DNA of 64,000 bases from Nitrospinales bacterium. Lineage in GTDB: Bacteria > Nitrospinota > Nitrospinia > Nitrospinales > VA-1. The stretch's first letter is position 1; each line of letters starts with the position of its first letter. The position numbers and the translations under genes were made by a program. Below are positions 28,582-39,568 of the stretch, piece by piece. The notes beneath the pieces were generated by a model that was not told where the DNA came from, made no database searches, and saw only the letters and a list, made by a program, of their open reading frames with translations. The stretch spans positions 1,024,001 through 1,088,000 of the forward strand of contig CBDCWG010000012.1 of assembly GCA_965223345.1 (NCBI GenBank), written 5' to 3'.

Positions 28582-31492
28582 ATTTGTTGCGCATGGTTCC
28601 CGATTTCAGTTTTACATTTTCCCGGCGGTAACCCTTGACCTCGACTATCAGATTTAGTGGCGTTTCCTGCCCATCATCAATCTGGACTATGAAATCCGGG
28701 ATATAGCGGCGGGCAGTGGAGCCATCTTTATATGGTACTTCCAATCCCAATCCCTGATTTTTCACGTAGGAGAGCACACGCGGATGTTGCTCCGCAACTC
28801 GGGCAAACTCCGCTTCCCAGTCACTATCGCAGACCACGAAATTGATATGTGATTTATTCGGTGCGGTAGTCCAGAGGTCTTTGCTAGTTTGAAAACCCAC
28901 ATGCGCTGTCGAGCCTTTAGGATTATAGGGATCTAGAACAGCCATGACGCGATCTTCATCACCAATTGTACACGCAATGGCATGATAGATTCGCTCGGCA
29001 GCCTGATTGGCGATGTCCTGGTATTGCAACATCCATGAGCCGGTATCCCCTTTACACACAAGGTAGCCACCGTCTATCCATTGCCGGACGATGCGTTTAA
29101 GCTGGCCAAACAAGGAAAGCTTCGGCTCGCCGTCCGCATCGCGGAAATAGCTGTAGAGGATATGTTTGGCGAGACGGAAAGAAACCGTGCTTGGCCTGAA
29201 TTCGCTGATTTCGGCAGCGCTGAGCGTTACACCCTCGCCGACAATCCCTTCCAGAAGAGTCTGGCCGGGACCAACCATTTCCGGGGTCAAGGTCAGCTCG
29301 GAATCCGGCTTGAAGTTTGCTGTCAAGCGCTCTTCCGGCAGATCAATGCGATAGCCCACAACACGTGGAAATGTAAGTTCGAGAGCATCACGCTCTTTAA
29401 TGGCCTTGACGCGCTCTGTCCGACGTGGCGGTACGGGCTTGGCGACTTGAGGCTTAGCCGTAAAATCAAAGGGAATCCCCATGATGTCTGCATATTCAAC
29501 ATTAAAGAGGCCTTCTTCATTGAGTTCATAGGAATAGCGGCGAAGCCCACGTCCAACGACCTGTTCGCACAAAAGCTGTGTGCCAAATGCCCGCACACCG
29601 AGAATATGTGTCACAGTATTTGTATCCCAGCCTTCCGTCAGCATGGACACCGATACAACGCATCGGACTTGCTCTCCGAGGCGACCTTTTTTCCCGACAG
29701 TGTTCATAACCTCGCGTAGAAGGTCAGAATCCGAAATCTCGCCCACATCACCGGCACCGCTGCGTTGTTTTCGTTCCCGCTTGAACTGTTCGATTTCCAA
29801 TGCGGCGGCGGCGCGGAATTCTTTATCTAATGCCTCACCGGACTCTAGCTGCTCGCTGTCGATCAAAAGCGTGTTGGGTTTGGTGATGCGGTTTCCATGT
29901 TCGTCATAGTTCCTGAACTTTGGCAAATGTCCACTATGTTCCCAAACAGGCTCTCCGTCTTCATTCGGGCGCTGCCAACCGGAAATCCATTCATAAACCA
30001 ACTTTGATGTGGAAGTATTATTACAAACAACTATAAAAACTGGTGGCGACTCAACACCTGATCTTTCCCATTCATCGAATGTTTCTTCATAATGGTTATA
30101 GAGAGCGACAAGAGCCGTCAAAAGCTGGGATGGCAAATCAAGGGGGCTGACATCAGCTCCGCCCTTGGCTCGACCTTTCTTTGGCATTTGTTTGCCTATA
30201 TGTTCCCAAAGCTCTCTAAAAATGGGGACTTCAGCCTCGGGAATGTTATCGGCAACTGGAACACGTGGTAGTTTTACAATCCCGCACTCAATGGCATCCA
30301 TCAGGGAAAAGTCACTCACGGTCCAGGGGAAAAGCGTTCCTTCCGCATAGCCGGAACCACGAAGGAAAAACGGAGTCGCTGAAAGATCGTAAACAGCCCG
30401 GACACCAAGCTTGCGTTTAAAGGCCTCAATACCGTTGATCCACAAGCGGGCTGCCTTGTTCTGGCTATCAGCTTCTTTTTTCTCATCGCCTTTCAGATCA
30501 CCGATGTCCTTATTTTCCGGTTTTTCGCGGTAACAATGGTGAGCCTCATCATTGATAACGACGATGTTTTTCAGTCCCATAAGTTCTTCAGCCACCCGGC
30601 GCACCATTTGCCCTTCGGTTTCTTTTGTTTGGGTAGGTTTGCCACGTCCTTGAAGAAGAGATCGTCCAACCCTATTCGTGTTCATCAGTTCCTTGAGTTG
30701 AAAAGCATGATAATTCGTGATAACGATTTTGGCTTTGTTAATATCCTCCAGCATATCGGATGGGACAAGTTCACGGGATTTGTAATAGCTGTCAGGGTCG
30801 TTCGGCATAAGAACGCGCAAGCGGTCCTTAATGGTAATGCCGGGAGTGACGATTAAAAATCCGCGTGTAAAAAGTTTACTGTTGGGAGAACGCACAGCAT
30901 TAACCGTCTGCCAAGCCATAATCAATGCAATCACAGTTGTCTTACCTGCACCTGTTGCCATTTTCATAGCAAGACGGATTAGGGCAGGGTTTGCCTGTTC
31001 ATTAGCTCCCTGGATATGATCCCAAAACTTCTTGTAGTTCTTTTGATTGCGAGCAACTTCCGTCAGCCAGATAATCGTTTCGATCGCCTCGACTTGACAG
31101 AAAAAGGGGCGTATAGCTTGATAATCGTGGTGTCGCCAATGTTGAAGCAATCTAGCAGTGGAAGGGGTTACACCCCAGTCGTTTGGACTTGGGAGATTTC
31201 GCCATGATCCAACAAGTGACCGGATTTCGTTTATAATTGGGGTCGGGTTGTATTCCTGTTCCTCGGTCGAAATGCCGTCGTTTTCGTATAAATCGAGCGT
31301 AGATTGTTTTGTATTGGTCTTTTTTCGTTTCTGTTTGCGGGGTTTGGGGACAGGAGTAATAAGCTCGGATCTTCGCCGTCCATCTTTTGGTGGCAGGTCT
31401 GTTGGCTGGCCGTCTTCATCCAGTGCATGGTAACGTTTCGGCTCCGCATACGGCGAATTCAATATTGGTTTTTTGTAAAAAGTCTCTACCAT
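28582..31492 (-). CDS. res: Type III RM restriction endonuclease (Res); extreme C-terminus replaced by IS sequence
   Basis: MKMATGAGKT, DEAHH, QVVGRGLR and YIPDF...VEVKG motifs. The terminal FPVKA* comes from the IS left end. Confidence 0.88.
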
Positions 31493-31669
31493 ACGATCAA
31501 CCCCAGTTTTCAATGGTTGAAAATGGCACAACAAATTGAATGTAAAGAATATTACTTTCTTCTAGCGGAGACCATCATCCTTCATTGTGGCTGAGTTTAC
31601 CGAAATGACAGATATTTGTGTAGAAATAAATTGACGCAATGCGATCTCTGATTTTGGGTGATGAGCGGG

Positions 31670-31819
31670 GAGCGACGGGTCTAATGAGAAAGAGGTAGGG
31701 GGTAGCCCGCAAAATAGCAACTTTTTAGGTGGCCTTACCCAGTCAGAAATATTTTAAAAATTTTGGATTTCTGCACCATTGAAGGCATGCCCATAGCTGA
31801 GCATCGCGCGACGAGTGTT
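31670..31819 (+). repeat. Degenerate non-coding direct repeat, copy A
   Basis: gagcgacgggtctaatgagaaagaggtagggggtagccc...acccagtcagaaa...ttttggattt, plus gcgcgacgagtgtt; aligns with 39569-39919. Confidence 0.8.
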
Positions 31820-31952
31820 GTGAAGGTAGGTTGCTTGGGGGAGAATGAGGAGTGTCGATCGATTTATTAATAAAAATTTTTAATGTCTGCTATCAGCCAA
31901 AAGCGGACATAAGGAAGAAGGTCACCGGATGCAAGAGAATAGCGTATGCCTC

Positions 31953-33332
31953 TTACGATCCGTTTGAGGTTTTAGGATATTTTCTACTATGAGACCATAC
32001 GCTCAACAGCACAATACCAGCCACTGCGGAAAAAACCGATGCTAAGAAGATGCCCAATTTGGCGGTGTTGATTAGGCTGGGGCTGAAAGCCAGGCTGGCA
32101 ATAAACAGTGCCATGGTAAAGCCGATACCCGCGAGCAGACCACCGCCAGCCAATAACCTCAAATTGAGATCCGGAGGGCGTACCGCAATGCCCGTTCGCA
32201 GTGCCAGCCAACTGAAGCTCAGGACACCAATGGGTTTGCCAAGAGCGAATCCCACAAACACAGCAATGGTGACGGAGTTACCAATATCAGCGAAAGATAT
32301 TGGCATCCCGGCGTTTGCAAATGCAAATAGTGGCATGATGGCAAAGGCGACCCATGGGTGCAACATCAACTCCAATTGTTCCACCGGAGACAGCGTTTCC
32401 CGCGCCGCAGCCTCCGCCATTCGCAATGCCTTGCGATCCTCTGTATCACCACTCCAGTGATCGCCGGGTGGATACGCAACCACTCGATCTAGGATGGCAT
32501 GCAAGCGCCTGTCGCTGACCCATCTTTCGGTGGGTGTCATCAAGCCAAGAATAACTCCAGTAACGGTCGGGTGGATCCCGGATGCATCCACCGCAAGCCA
32601 GATCATACCGCCCACGAGAAAATAGACAGGAATACTGCGAACGCCAAGCAGTGCCATTCCGCGTACGATAGCAAAGCCAACTACGGCCAGAGCAAACGCC
32701 TCCCAGCTGATTTGACTACCGTAGCCGATGGCTACAACCAGAATAGCGCCGATATCGTCAACAATCGCCAACGACAGCATAAAGACGCGCAGACTTTGGG
32801 GTATTCGCGATCCCAGCAGTGCCAGACAACCGATAACAAATGCGGTGTCGGTCGCCATCACTGTTCCCCAACCATTTTGGCCGGGTTGACCTGATTGTAG
32901 TATCAGGTAAAAGACGGCAGGCACGAGCATTCCACCCAAGGCAGCCATGATGGACAGCGCAGCCATACGTGGCTTGCGTAGTTCACCCAGTACCAGTTCC
33001 CGCTTGAGTTCCAGGGCGACAAGGAAAAAAAACAAAGTCATCAAAGCGTCGTTGATCCATTCCCGTACCGAACGTGTGAACTCTAGCGAGCCGAACTGAA
33101 TACCCACAGGTGTTTCCCAAAAATTAAAATAATGATGGCTCCAGGGTAAGTTTGATATAACCAACGCTGCAATGGTAAAAAGCAGAAGAACGCAACCGGA
33201 AGCGACCTCAATGCGTAAGAATCGTGTCAACGGATTGGTCAGCCAATCAACGAGTTCTGGGGGGAGTCGAGGAATTTTTACCTTAACTTGCTGATCTTCA
33301 CTCATATTGGCTGTCCTTGAAAAATATTCCAT
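31953..33332 (-). CDS. nhaA: Na+/H+ antiporter NhaA
   Basis: WINDALM, LELKRE, MATDTAF, LAIVDDIGAI and GIGFTMALFI motifs. Confidence 0.95.
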   Translation of the reverse strand: MEYFSRTANMSEDQQVKVKIPRLPPELVDWLTNPLTRFLRIEVASGCVLLLFTIAALVISNLPWSHHYFNFWETPVGIQFGSLEFTRSVREWINDALMTLFFFLVALELKRELVLGELRKPRMAALSIMAALGGMLVPAVFYLILQSGQPGQNGWGTVMATDTAFVIGCLALLGSRIPQSLRVFMLSLAIVDDIGAILVVAIGYGSQISWEAFALAVVGFAIVRGMALLGVRSIPVYFLVGGMIWLAVDASGIHPTVTGVILGLMTPTERWVSDRRLHAILDRVVAYPPGDHWSGDTEDRKALRMAEAAARETLSPVEQLELMLHPWVAFAIMPLFAFANAGMPISFADIGNSVTIAVFVGFALGKPIGVLSFSWLALRTGIAVRPPDLNLRLLAGGGLLAGIGFTMALFIASLAFSPSLINTAKLGIFLASVFSAVAGIVLLSVWSHSRKYPKTSNGS

Positions 33333-33540
33333 CGCCCGGAGGCTTTGTGAAGGGCCTTCATAGGAGGAGAAAGTTTGTAGAAGGGAGGGTTATGGGGGGC
33401 GTTGGAAGTGTTTATATGGTTCCCTATAATGCTCCGAATTCTGTGTCGAGTCCCGTATAGGATATATGAAAAAAAGAGATTCGATTGTTTCTCGCGGGGG
33501 TTTTTATATGGGCACCACACTGGTGGCCTGTAGATCCTTA

Positions 33541-33732
33541 TCAAAGACCATTTTTTAATATTTTCGCGGCATCTTGATAGGCATGTTTTTCTCCATCAGC
33601 AAATTCATATTTATAATACTCAAATTTTGTACCAGCAGTTTTTCTACGTTTTTCAGCCTCCTCCGCTAGCTGGGTGAAATTGTCAATTAATTCTTGCAAA
33701 ACCTCTTTCTCTGTTTTTGTGGATTCGGTCAT
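33541..33732 (-). CDS. Small hypothetical protein
   Basis: 63 aa, charged helical composition, RBS GGAGGG. Confidence 0.6.
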   Translation of the reverse strand: MTESTKTEKEVLQELIDNFTQLAEEAEKRRKTAGTKFEYYKYEFADGEKHAYQDAAKILKNGL

Positions 33733-33843
33733 TTTTAATACCCTCCATATAAAGGTTGGTAGTTGATTGCCTGTAAAGGCGGAGAAGAAAAAATGTCTTC
33801 TTCAACTCTACAGGCAAAATTCATCAACTAAGTGGGAGGGAGA

Positions 33844-33978
33844 TCAGTTATTTTGATATTTGACCCACGCCAATTTTAGAAGTCCTATTGGATTGGGCCA
33901 GCAATCTATTAGAGTAATAACAAGAATGCCCATCACGGTAATTCCTGTTAGGCCTGCCATTAACATAGTTGCATCCAT
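33844..33978 (-). CDS. Small single-TM protein (44 aa)
   Basis: MDATMLMAGLTGITVMGILVITLIDCWP...; RBS AGGAG. Confidence 0.5.
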   Translation of the reverse strand: MDATMLMAGLTGITVMGILVITLIDCWPNPIGLLKLAWVKYQNN

Positions 33979-34239
33979 AATAATATCTCCTGAACATATA
34001 CCATATCTAAACAGCATGACTAGCATGCTGGGTCCATGAGTATCTTTATTGAATTAAGCTCATGCCGGTTTCCTCACATAAGTCGATTTTTTTTAAAATT
34101 AAATTCAATAATAGTAAGATGCTATTCATGACTGAAGGGGTTTATTAATTAGCATATATTTCTCTTAAACATGATTTATTTCATATTAGAAAAAACACCC
34201 TCTGGTCCATTCAATTAATGACTTGTGCTCAATAATTCT

Positions 34240-34410
34240 TCAGACTATCGAGTTGATGGCGATCAGCCGCAATGCGTATCCTTGCAGAGAAATCGAAATG
34301 GCTGAAAGGCTGACAGGGAAAAAGGAGTTTGGCCGGTTCAGGGAAATTCCTAATACAATAAAATTAAGAATCATTGAAGTGACCAGGATATAAAAAGCCT
34401 GAAATTCCAT
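34240..34410 (-). CDS. Small hydrophobic protein (56 aa)
   Basis: MEFQAFYILVTSMILNFIVLG...; RBS GAGGG; two hydrophobic segments. Confidence 0.45.
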   Translation of the reverse strand: MEFQAFYILVTSMILNFIVLGISLNRPNSFFPVSLSAISISLQGYALRLIAINSIV

Positions 34411-34471
34411 CTTACCCTCTTTGAGAATAGTTCTCCTTCGCTCAAAATAACCTCCACTTGCGGAAGGGGTA

Positions 34472-34795
34472 TCAACTATTTTTCGTTGGCTTAAAGGAAG
34501 GCAGTGCATTCATTTTCCGGTCAATCCCCTTAACGGTTAATTGGATGTCATTGACCGAGGATTCGATGTAGCCCAACAATCTTTTCACATTGTTTACTTC
34601 GTCAAGACTTTTGATCGAGTTTTTCATGGCCAAAGAACAGTCGGAATCATTATTGTCTCCAGAGATTGCGGTAACTTCCTTTGCATCCACGTCAGGAGGC
34701 TGAATCAATGGATTTAACCAATTAAATAATAAAACACCTATTAAAAGAATCATCAAAAATTTTATATTGCGATTTAGGGCCATCGTTTTCTCCAA
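34472..34795 (-). CDS. Hypothetical membrane-anchored protein
   Basis: N-terminal TM segment, then a coiled-coil-like region. Confidence 0.6.
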   Translation of the reverse strand: MEKTMALNRNIKFLMILLIGVLLFNWLNPLIQPPDVDAKEVTAISGDNNDSDCSLAMKNSIKSLDEVNNVKRLLGYIESSVNDIQLTVKGIDRKMNALPSFKPTKNS

Positions 34796-35087
34796 TACTA
34801 GTTTAAGGTGTGGAACTGCGATCTGCCCAGAATGGTTCCACCGGTTATTCTATTTGCATTAATGCCGGGAAGACCTTGCACACCACATAGCCTGTTTTTG
34901 CTTTTTTAATTTTTTGTTTTTTCTTGATGTGAGATTTCATAAATAAGCGCCTGCGTTTAAGTTCTTTAAATAAATCTTCCTTATTGAGTTGGTGTTTAAA
35001 AAACTTTCAACGCTTGATCGACCTGATTTTGACAAACGATTGCTTGAATAAAACGACCTCCAAATTATAAGAGCATGATGTTCCAGA

Positions 35088-35252
35088 CTATTTTTGAGTG
35101 TTAATGGATTTTAACCATGACTTTCCTTTTCCCTTTTTTCTCCTGAAATTAGCAGGTGTCTCCAATTGCTTTTTAGTGCGCAGATTCAATTTTTCTACCG
35201 AGATCACTTTTTTTAAAATTCCGGAACTGTCGTACACCTTAACTTCATTCAT
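35088..35252 (-). CDS. Small basic hypothetical protein
   Basis: MNEVKVYDSSGILKKVIS...; RBS GAGGT. Confidence 0.55.
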   Translation of the reverse strand: MNEVKVYDSSGILKKVISVEKLNLRTKKQLETPANFRRKKGKGKSWLKSINTQK

Positions 35253-35796
35253 AAAATTACCTCGCATTAACATGTTTATTCCCTGAATTAACGGGCCAAA
35301 AAAATCCACTCCAAAAAGGAGTGGCAGAAATATAATGTCCTTTACGATTTTTTGAAGTCTTCCACCGAGAGAGTTACCAATAGGAAGGTAATTTCAGGGT
35401 ACTCTTCTCAGTCAAGATAACAAGGAGAGTTATATTATTTATTTTTAATGTTCTCCATAAGTCAACCATTGGTAGGGAAAGACAGTGAATTCGGTTGAAT
35501 TTGCTCGTTTCAATTTCCCACTTTAGATATAAAATTAGGGCATTTCCAGTATCCATGCTATGCTGATTAAGTAAAAGAAGGGTTGTTCAGTTGCAGTGTA
35601 AGTTTTTCCTTCTAGTTTCTCGCCTAGAGAAGAGCTGTAAATACCATTTGGCCTAGCAGGCCAAGGGAAGCTTTGTTTTCCTCGAAGTGTCTCTCTAAAA
35701 GTTCCTGCATAAATCCAACCCTATTCAAAAACAGGGAAGACATTATCCTTTTTTTCTGGAAGTGCATTCCCTATCAATGGCAGGAGAATATTTATT

Positions 35797-35997
35797 ATGT
35801 CAACAGGAACGGTAAAATGGTTTAACGAAGGCAAGGGTTATGGGTTTATTGAATCCGAGAGCGGCAAAGATCTCTTTGTTCATTACTCCGAAATTCAAGG
35901 GGACGGTTTTAAGACTCTAGCAGAAGGCCAGTCGGTCGAGTTTGAAGAAAGTATGGGCCAGAAAGGTCCCTGTGCCACCAAGGTGGCATCCAAATAA
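35797..35997 (+). CDS. cspA: Cold-shock protein (CspA family)
   Basis: [15 protein letters not shown] and DLFVHYSEI (RNP1/RNP2). Confidence 0.95.
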   Translation: MSTGTVKWFNEGKGYGFIESESGKDLFVHYSEIQGDGFKTLAEGQSVEFEESMGQKGPCATKVASK

Positions 35998-36065
35998 GAA
36001 CCTCCGGACATCATCCGGCAGAAATTTGGCTCTGCCGGAGTCTCCTCCGCCCCATATTTATGTGT

Positions 36066-36102
36066 AAGGGCTCGGCCAAATGGCCGAGCCCTTTTTCTTT
36101 TT
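36066..36102 (+). terminator. Rho-independent terminator after the csp gene
   Basis: aagggctcggcca-aa-tggccgagccctt followed by a T run. Confidence 0.8.
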
Positions 36103-36118
36103 ATAAAAAGGAGAAAAG

Positions 36119-37294
36119 ATGAATGTGCTCCATATAGCAACCCTAAACCGGCCCATCAGGCAGGATTTGGGTTACGGTCCTATCGAAACGGTTATTTACA
36201 ACATCGATAAGGGGCTGCATAAATTAGGTCACCGTTCGATTGTTGCCTGTTCAGGGGATTCCCGTGTTGTTGGAGAACAGTTCACGACGATTGAAAATAG
36301 TTTCAGTGAGTACTGCACGACGGACACACGCGTGAAGCAGGAATATATGCGCAAACATATTGTCATGTCACTTGAAAGAGCACAAAAGGGTGACATTGAT
36401 GTCATTCACATGCACGATGCCGACATGACTGAATATATTTTTAATGGAGTTTGCAAAAGTCCCGTTCCCATTGTGATGACGCTCCATGTTCCTGCAGAAG
36501 ACCATGAAGGATTCTCGCGTTGGAATAAAACGCTCGATTCTTCTTCCAGCGCATATTTTGTCCCAATAAGTGAATTCCAGAGAAAGCAGCATCAAGGGTT
36601 AGTCAACGCGCAGAAAGTCATTCATCACGGCATTGATGTGGAAGACTATCCATTCAAAAGCAATACCGGCAAACAAGACTATTTATTCTCGATCGGCAGA
36701 ATCACCCAAGATAAAGGACAGGACAAGGCCATTGAGATTGCGAAAAAATCTGGTTCCAGGCTGATCCTTGCCGGCAATGTCCAGAATAAGGCAAAAGACC
36801 GGGCATTTTTCAGGCAATTAAATAAATCATTCGACCTTGTGGTTGATGCTGAAATACCTTCCGCCGGTAGCGATTATTATGAAAGAATCATGAAACCCAT
36901 TCTAGATTCAGACAAGCAGATCATTTATATCGGAGAAGTTGATAGCGTTCAGAAAAAGATGTGGTATCAGCACGCGCGGGCGACTCTCTTTCCTATTCAG
37001 TGGGGCGAACCGTTTGGGCTAGTGTTGATTGAATCCATGGCCTGCGGCACTCCGGTGTTGGCCTTTCGTAATGGATCGGTGCCAGAAATCGTTATTCATG
37101 GGAAAACGGGCTTCGTCGTGGATTCAATCAATGACATGATCAGGGCCGTAAGAGCAATTCAACTAATCGATCCCAATTACTGCCGTAAACACATTAAAGA
37201 TAATTTCTCAATCGCCAGTATGGCGGAAAGATATTCCAAGCTGTATCAATGGATTGGAGATGAAAAGACTTTATGCCTAAAGACATCCCCGTAA
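36119..37294 (+). CDS. Glycosyltransferase family 4
   Basis: YGPIE, VIHHGID, GRITQDKG and WGEPFGLVLIESMACGTPV motifs. Confidence 0.92.
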   Translation: MNVLHIATLNRPIRQDLGYGPIETVIYNIDKGLHKLGHRSIVACSGDSRVVGEQFTTIENSFSEYCTTDTRVKQEYMRKHIVMSLERAQKGDIDVIHMHDADMTEYIFNGVCKSPVPIVMTLHVPAEDHEGFSRWNKTLDSSSSAYFVPISEFQRKQHQGLVNAQKVIHHGIDVEDYPFKSNTGKQDYLFSIGRITQDKGQDKAIEIAKKSGSRLILAGNVQNKAKDRAFFRQLNKSFDLVVDAEIPSAGSDYYERIMKPILDSDKQIIYIGEVDSVQKKMWYQHARATLFPIQWGEPFGLVLIESMACGTPVLAFRNGSVPEIVIHGKTGFVVDSINDMIRAVRAIQLIDPNYCRKHIKDNFSIASMAERYSKLYQWIGDEKTLCLKTSP

Positions 37295-39237
37295 GTAATG
37301 GGTCCTTTCATTTGAATTTTGATTCGGATTATCAGATCCGAGACATTTATTTCCCATTTATCGGGCAGGAAAACCATTCAAGCGGAAATCCTTTCCGCTT
37401 CGGCGTTTGGGCGGATGGACAACATTCGTGGATGGGACCGGAATGGAAAAAAGATTTAAGATATCATAATGATAGTCTTGTGACGGATGTTGTTCTAAAA
37501 AATGAGGCTTTGGGCTTGGAGCTCCGATGCTCGGATGTGGTGGATTTGGATTTGAACATCTACCTCAAAAAGATCGAGGTGTCCAACCTCAAAGACAAAC
37601 CCCGTAAAGTCCGGCTCTTTTTCAGTCATGACTTCTATCTTTATGGGAATGACATTGGAGGCACGGCTTATTTTGATCCCCGGAGTTGTTCGCTCATCCA
37701 TTATAAAATGCACCGGTATTTTCTGATCAGCTGTTGGGCGCACGACCAATGGGGGGTCAAACATTTTGCCTGCGGAAATAGAAAGACTTCGGAAAGTTTG
37801 GAGACCGTTAAAGAGGCAGAGAACGGGGAACTTAGCGGGGAAGCCTCCGCATGGGGCTCGCCTCATTCCACCATTGGCATCTGGCTGGAATTGCCCGCCA
37901 AGGGGAAAACGACCGCTTATTATTGGATAGCGGCGGGCACGAGATATCCCGAAGTCGCAAAGCTAAATCTGGAAGTCCACAAAACCACGCCGGAAGAACT
38001 CTTCAACCGCTCGTCGAAATACTGGAAAACTTGGGTACATAACGATTCCCGGGAGTTTCTATGCCTTCCCAAATCCGTGACCGACGTATTTAGCCGAAGT
38101 CTGCTTATATTGAGAACACAAATTGACAACCACGGTGCCATTATTGCCGCCAATGATTCTGATATTATACGCTTTGGAAAAGACACTTATTCGTATATGT
38201 GGGGGCGGGATGGTGCTTTTGTCGCCGCCGCTTTAGCTAAAGCCGGGTACTCGCATGCGTGCATGAAATATTTTGACTTTTGCGCCCGAGTTTTATCCGA
38301 TGAAGGCTATTTATTCCAGCATTACAATCCGGATGGATCCCTTGCCAGTAATTGGCATTCATGGTTGGTCGCTGGCAAAGAGGTCCTTCCCATCCAGGAA
38401 GATTCAACCGCTTTGACTCTTTGGGCGCTTTGGATACACTACCAGAGTTTGAATGACGTAGAATTTATCAGGCCCCTCTACGGCACGCTGATTAAAAAAG
38501 CGGCAGACTTTTTAGTCAGTTACCGGGACCCTCAAACGTTGTTGCCTTTACCTTCCTATGATCTTTGGGAAGAGCGATATGCACTGCACGCCTATACGGT
38601 TGCATCCGTGATCGCCGGTCTCAGAGCCGCTGCGAATTTTGCGAATCTTTTTCAAGACACTTCCCTGGCTGAGAAATATGACTCCGTGGCCGATGAAATG
38701 ACTGGAGGAATCAACCAGCACCTTTACCATGACGGCCTGAATCGTTTTGCCCGTTCAGGCTCCAGAGTGGATGAGGGTTATAAACTTGATGAAGTCATTG
38801 ACATCAGTCTGTTGAGCTTGGCAACTCTTGGGATTTTGGCCCCTAAAGATCCGCGAATGATTGAAACAGCCACAGCTGTGCGCGAGCAGTTGTGGCTTAA
38901 AACTTCTGTTGGAGGTTGCGCCAGATACCAGGGTGATGTCTATCAGCGTGCGGAGGATAGCCCAAAAGACATTCCCGGAAATCCATGGTTTATCGCAACA
39001 CTTTGGCTGGCGGAATATTATATCGATCAAGCAGAGAGTCAGCAGCAACTTCAAGCGACCCTTCCTTATCTTGAATGGTGTGGAAAAAATGCCCTTCCTT
39101 CCGGAGTGCTTGCCGAGCAGGTACATCCCGTAAGCGGTTCACCTCTTTGTGTGTCGCCTCTCACTTGGAGCCATTCCGCCTTTGTTTGGACTGTTCTGCG
39201 ATACACAGAAAAGGACAAGACACTTAGTAAGCAATAG
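37273..39237 (+). CDS. Glycoside hydrolase family 15 (glucoamylase/trehalase-like)
   Basis: YSYMWGRDG, YDLWEER, LAEQ and PLTWSH motifs. Confidence 0.92.
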   Translation: MPKDIPVSNGSFHLNFDSDYQIRDIYFPFIGQENHSSGNPFRFGVWADGQHSWMGPEWKKDLRYHNDSLVTDVVLKNEALGLELRCSDVVDLDLNIYLKKIEVSNLKDKPRKVRLFFSHDFYLYGNDIGGTAYFDPRSCSLIHYKMHRYFLISCWAHDQWGVKHFACGNRKTSESLETVKEAENGELSGEASAWGSPHSTIGIWLELPAKGKTTAYYWIAAGTRYPEVAKLNLEVHKTTPEELFNRSSKYWKTWVHNDSREFLCLPKSVTDVFSRSLLILRTQIDNHGAIIAANDSDIIRFGKDTYSYMWGRDGAFVAAALAKAGYSHACMKYFDFCARVLSDEGYLFQHYNPDGSLASNWHSWLVAGKEVLPIQEDSTALTLWALWIHYQSLNDVEFIRPLYGTLIKKAADFLVSYRDPQTLLPLPSYDLWEERYALHAYTVASVIAGLRAAANFANLFQDTSLAEKYDSVADEMTGGINQHLYHDGLNRFARSGSRVDEGYKLDEVIDISLLSLATLGILAPKDPRMIETATAVREQLWLKTSVGGCARYQGDVYQRAEDSPKDIPGNPWFIATLWLAEYYIDQAESQQQLQATLPYLEWCGKNALPSGVLAEQVHPVSGSPLCVSPLTWSHSAFVWTVLRYTEKDKTLSKQ

Positions 39238-39239
39238 TT

Positions 39240-39338
39240 ATAAATTCCCCGTCGGTAAAGATCCGAGATAATGCCCAGCGTTTCACCAAGCTCTAGAATA
39301 TTCAGCTTTCTTCTGATAACGTATTGATCCTGAGTCAT
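39240..39338 (-). pseudogene. N-terminal fragment of an IS481-like transposase
   Basis: MTQDQYVIRRKLNILELGETLG with a strong RBS (AAGGAG), then loss of similarity. Confidence 0.55.
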
Positions 39339-39448
39339 GGGTTTCTCCTTTAAGGTTAAGGTTCTTCGTCGAACTTATCTTAACCGGGAAACCCTGACTC
39401 TTCCTACTTATCGAGCCTAATCCTGTAAACGCTTTTCTCTAGCTGGTC

Positions 39449-39568
39449 ATATAATCGGTTTCGACCGCATAGTGCCTTTGGATATCGGCCTCCAGCTCCG
39501 GAAGCCATTCAACCTCAAAAAGTCGGAACTCTAACTTAGAAACTGGTACAACTTACAGGGGCAGGTCA
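39449..39568 (+). mobile_element. Remnant 3' end of an IS3-family element (orfB tail + IRR)
   Basis: Encodes YNRFRPHSAFGYRPPAPEAIQPQKVGTLT* and ends ...caggggcaggtca. Confidence 0.78.
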
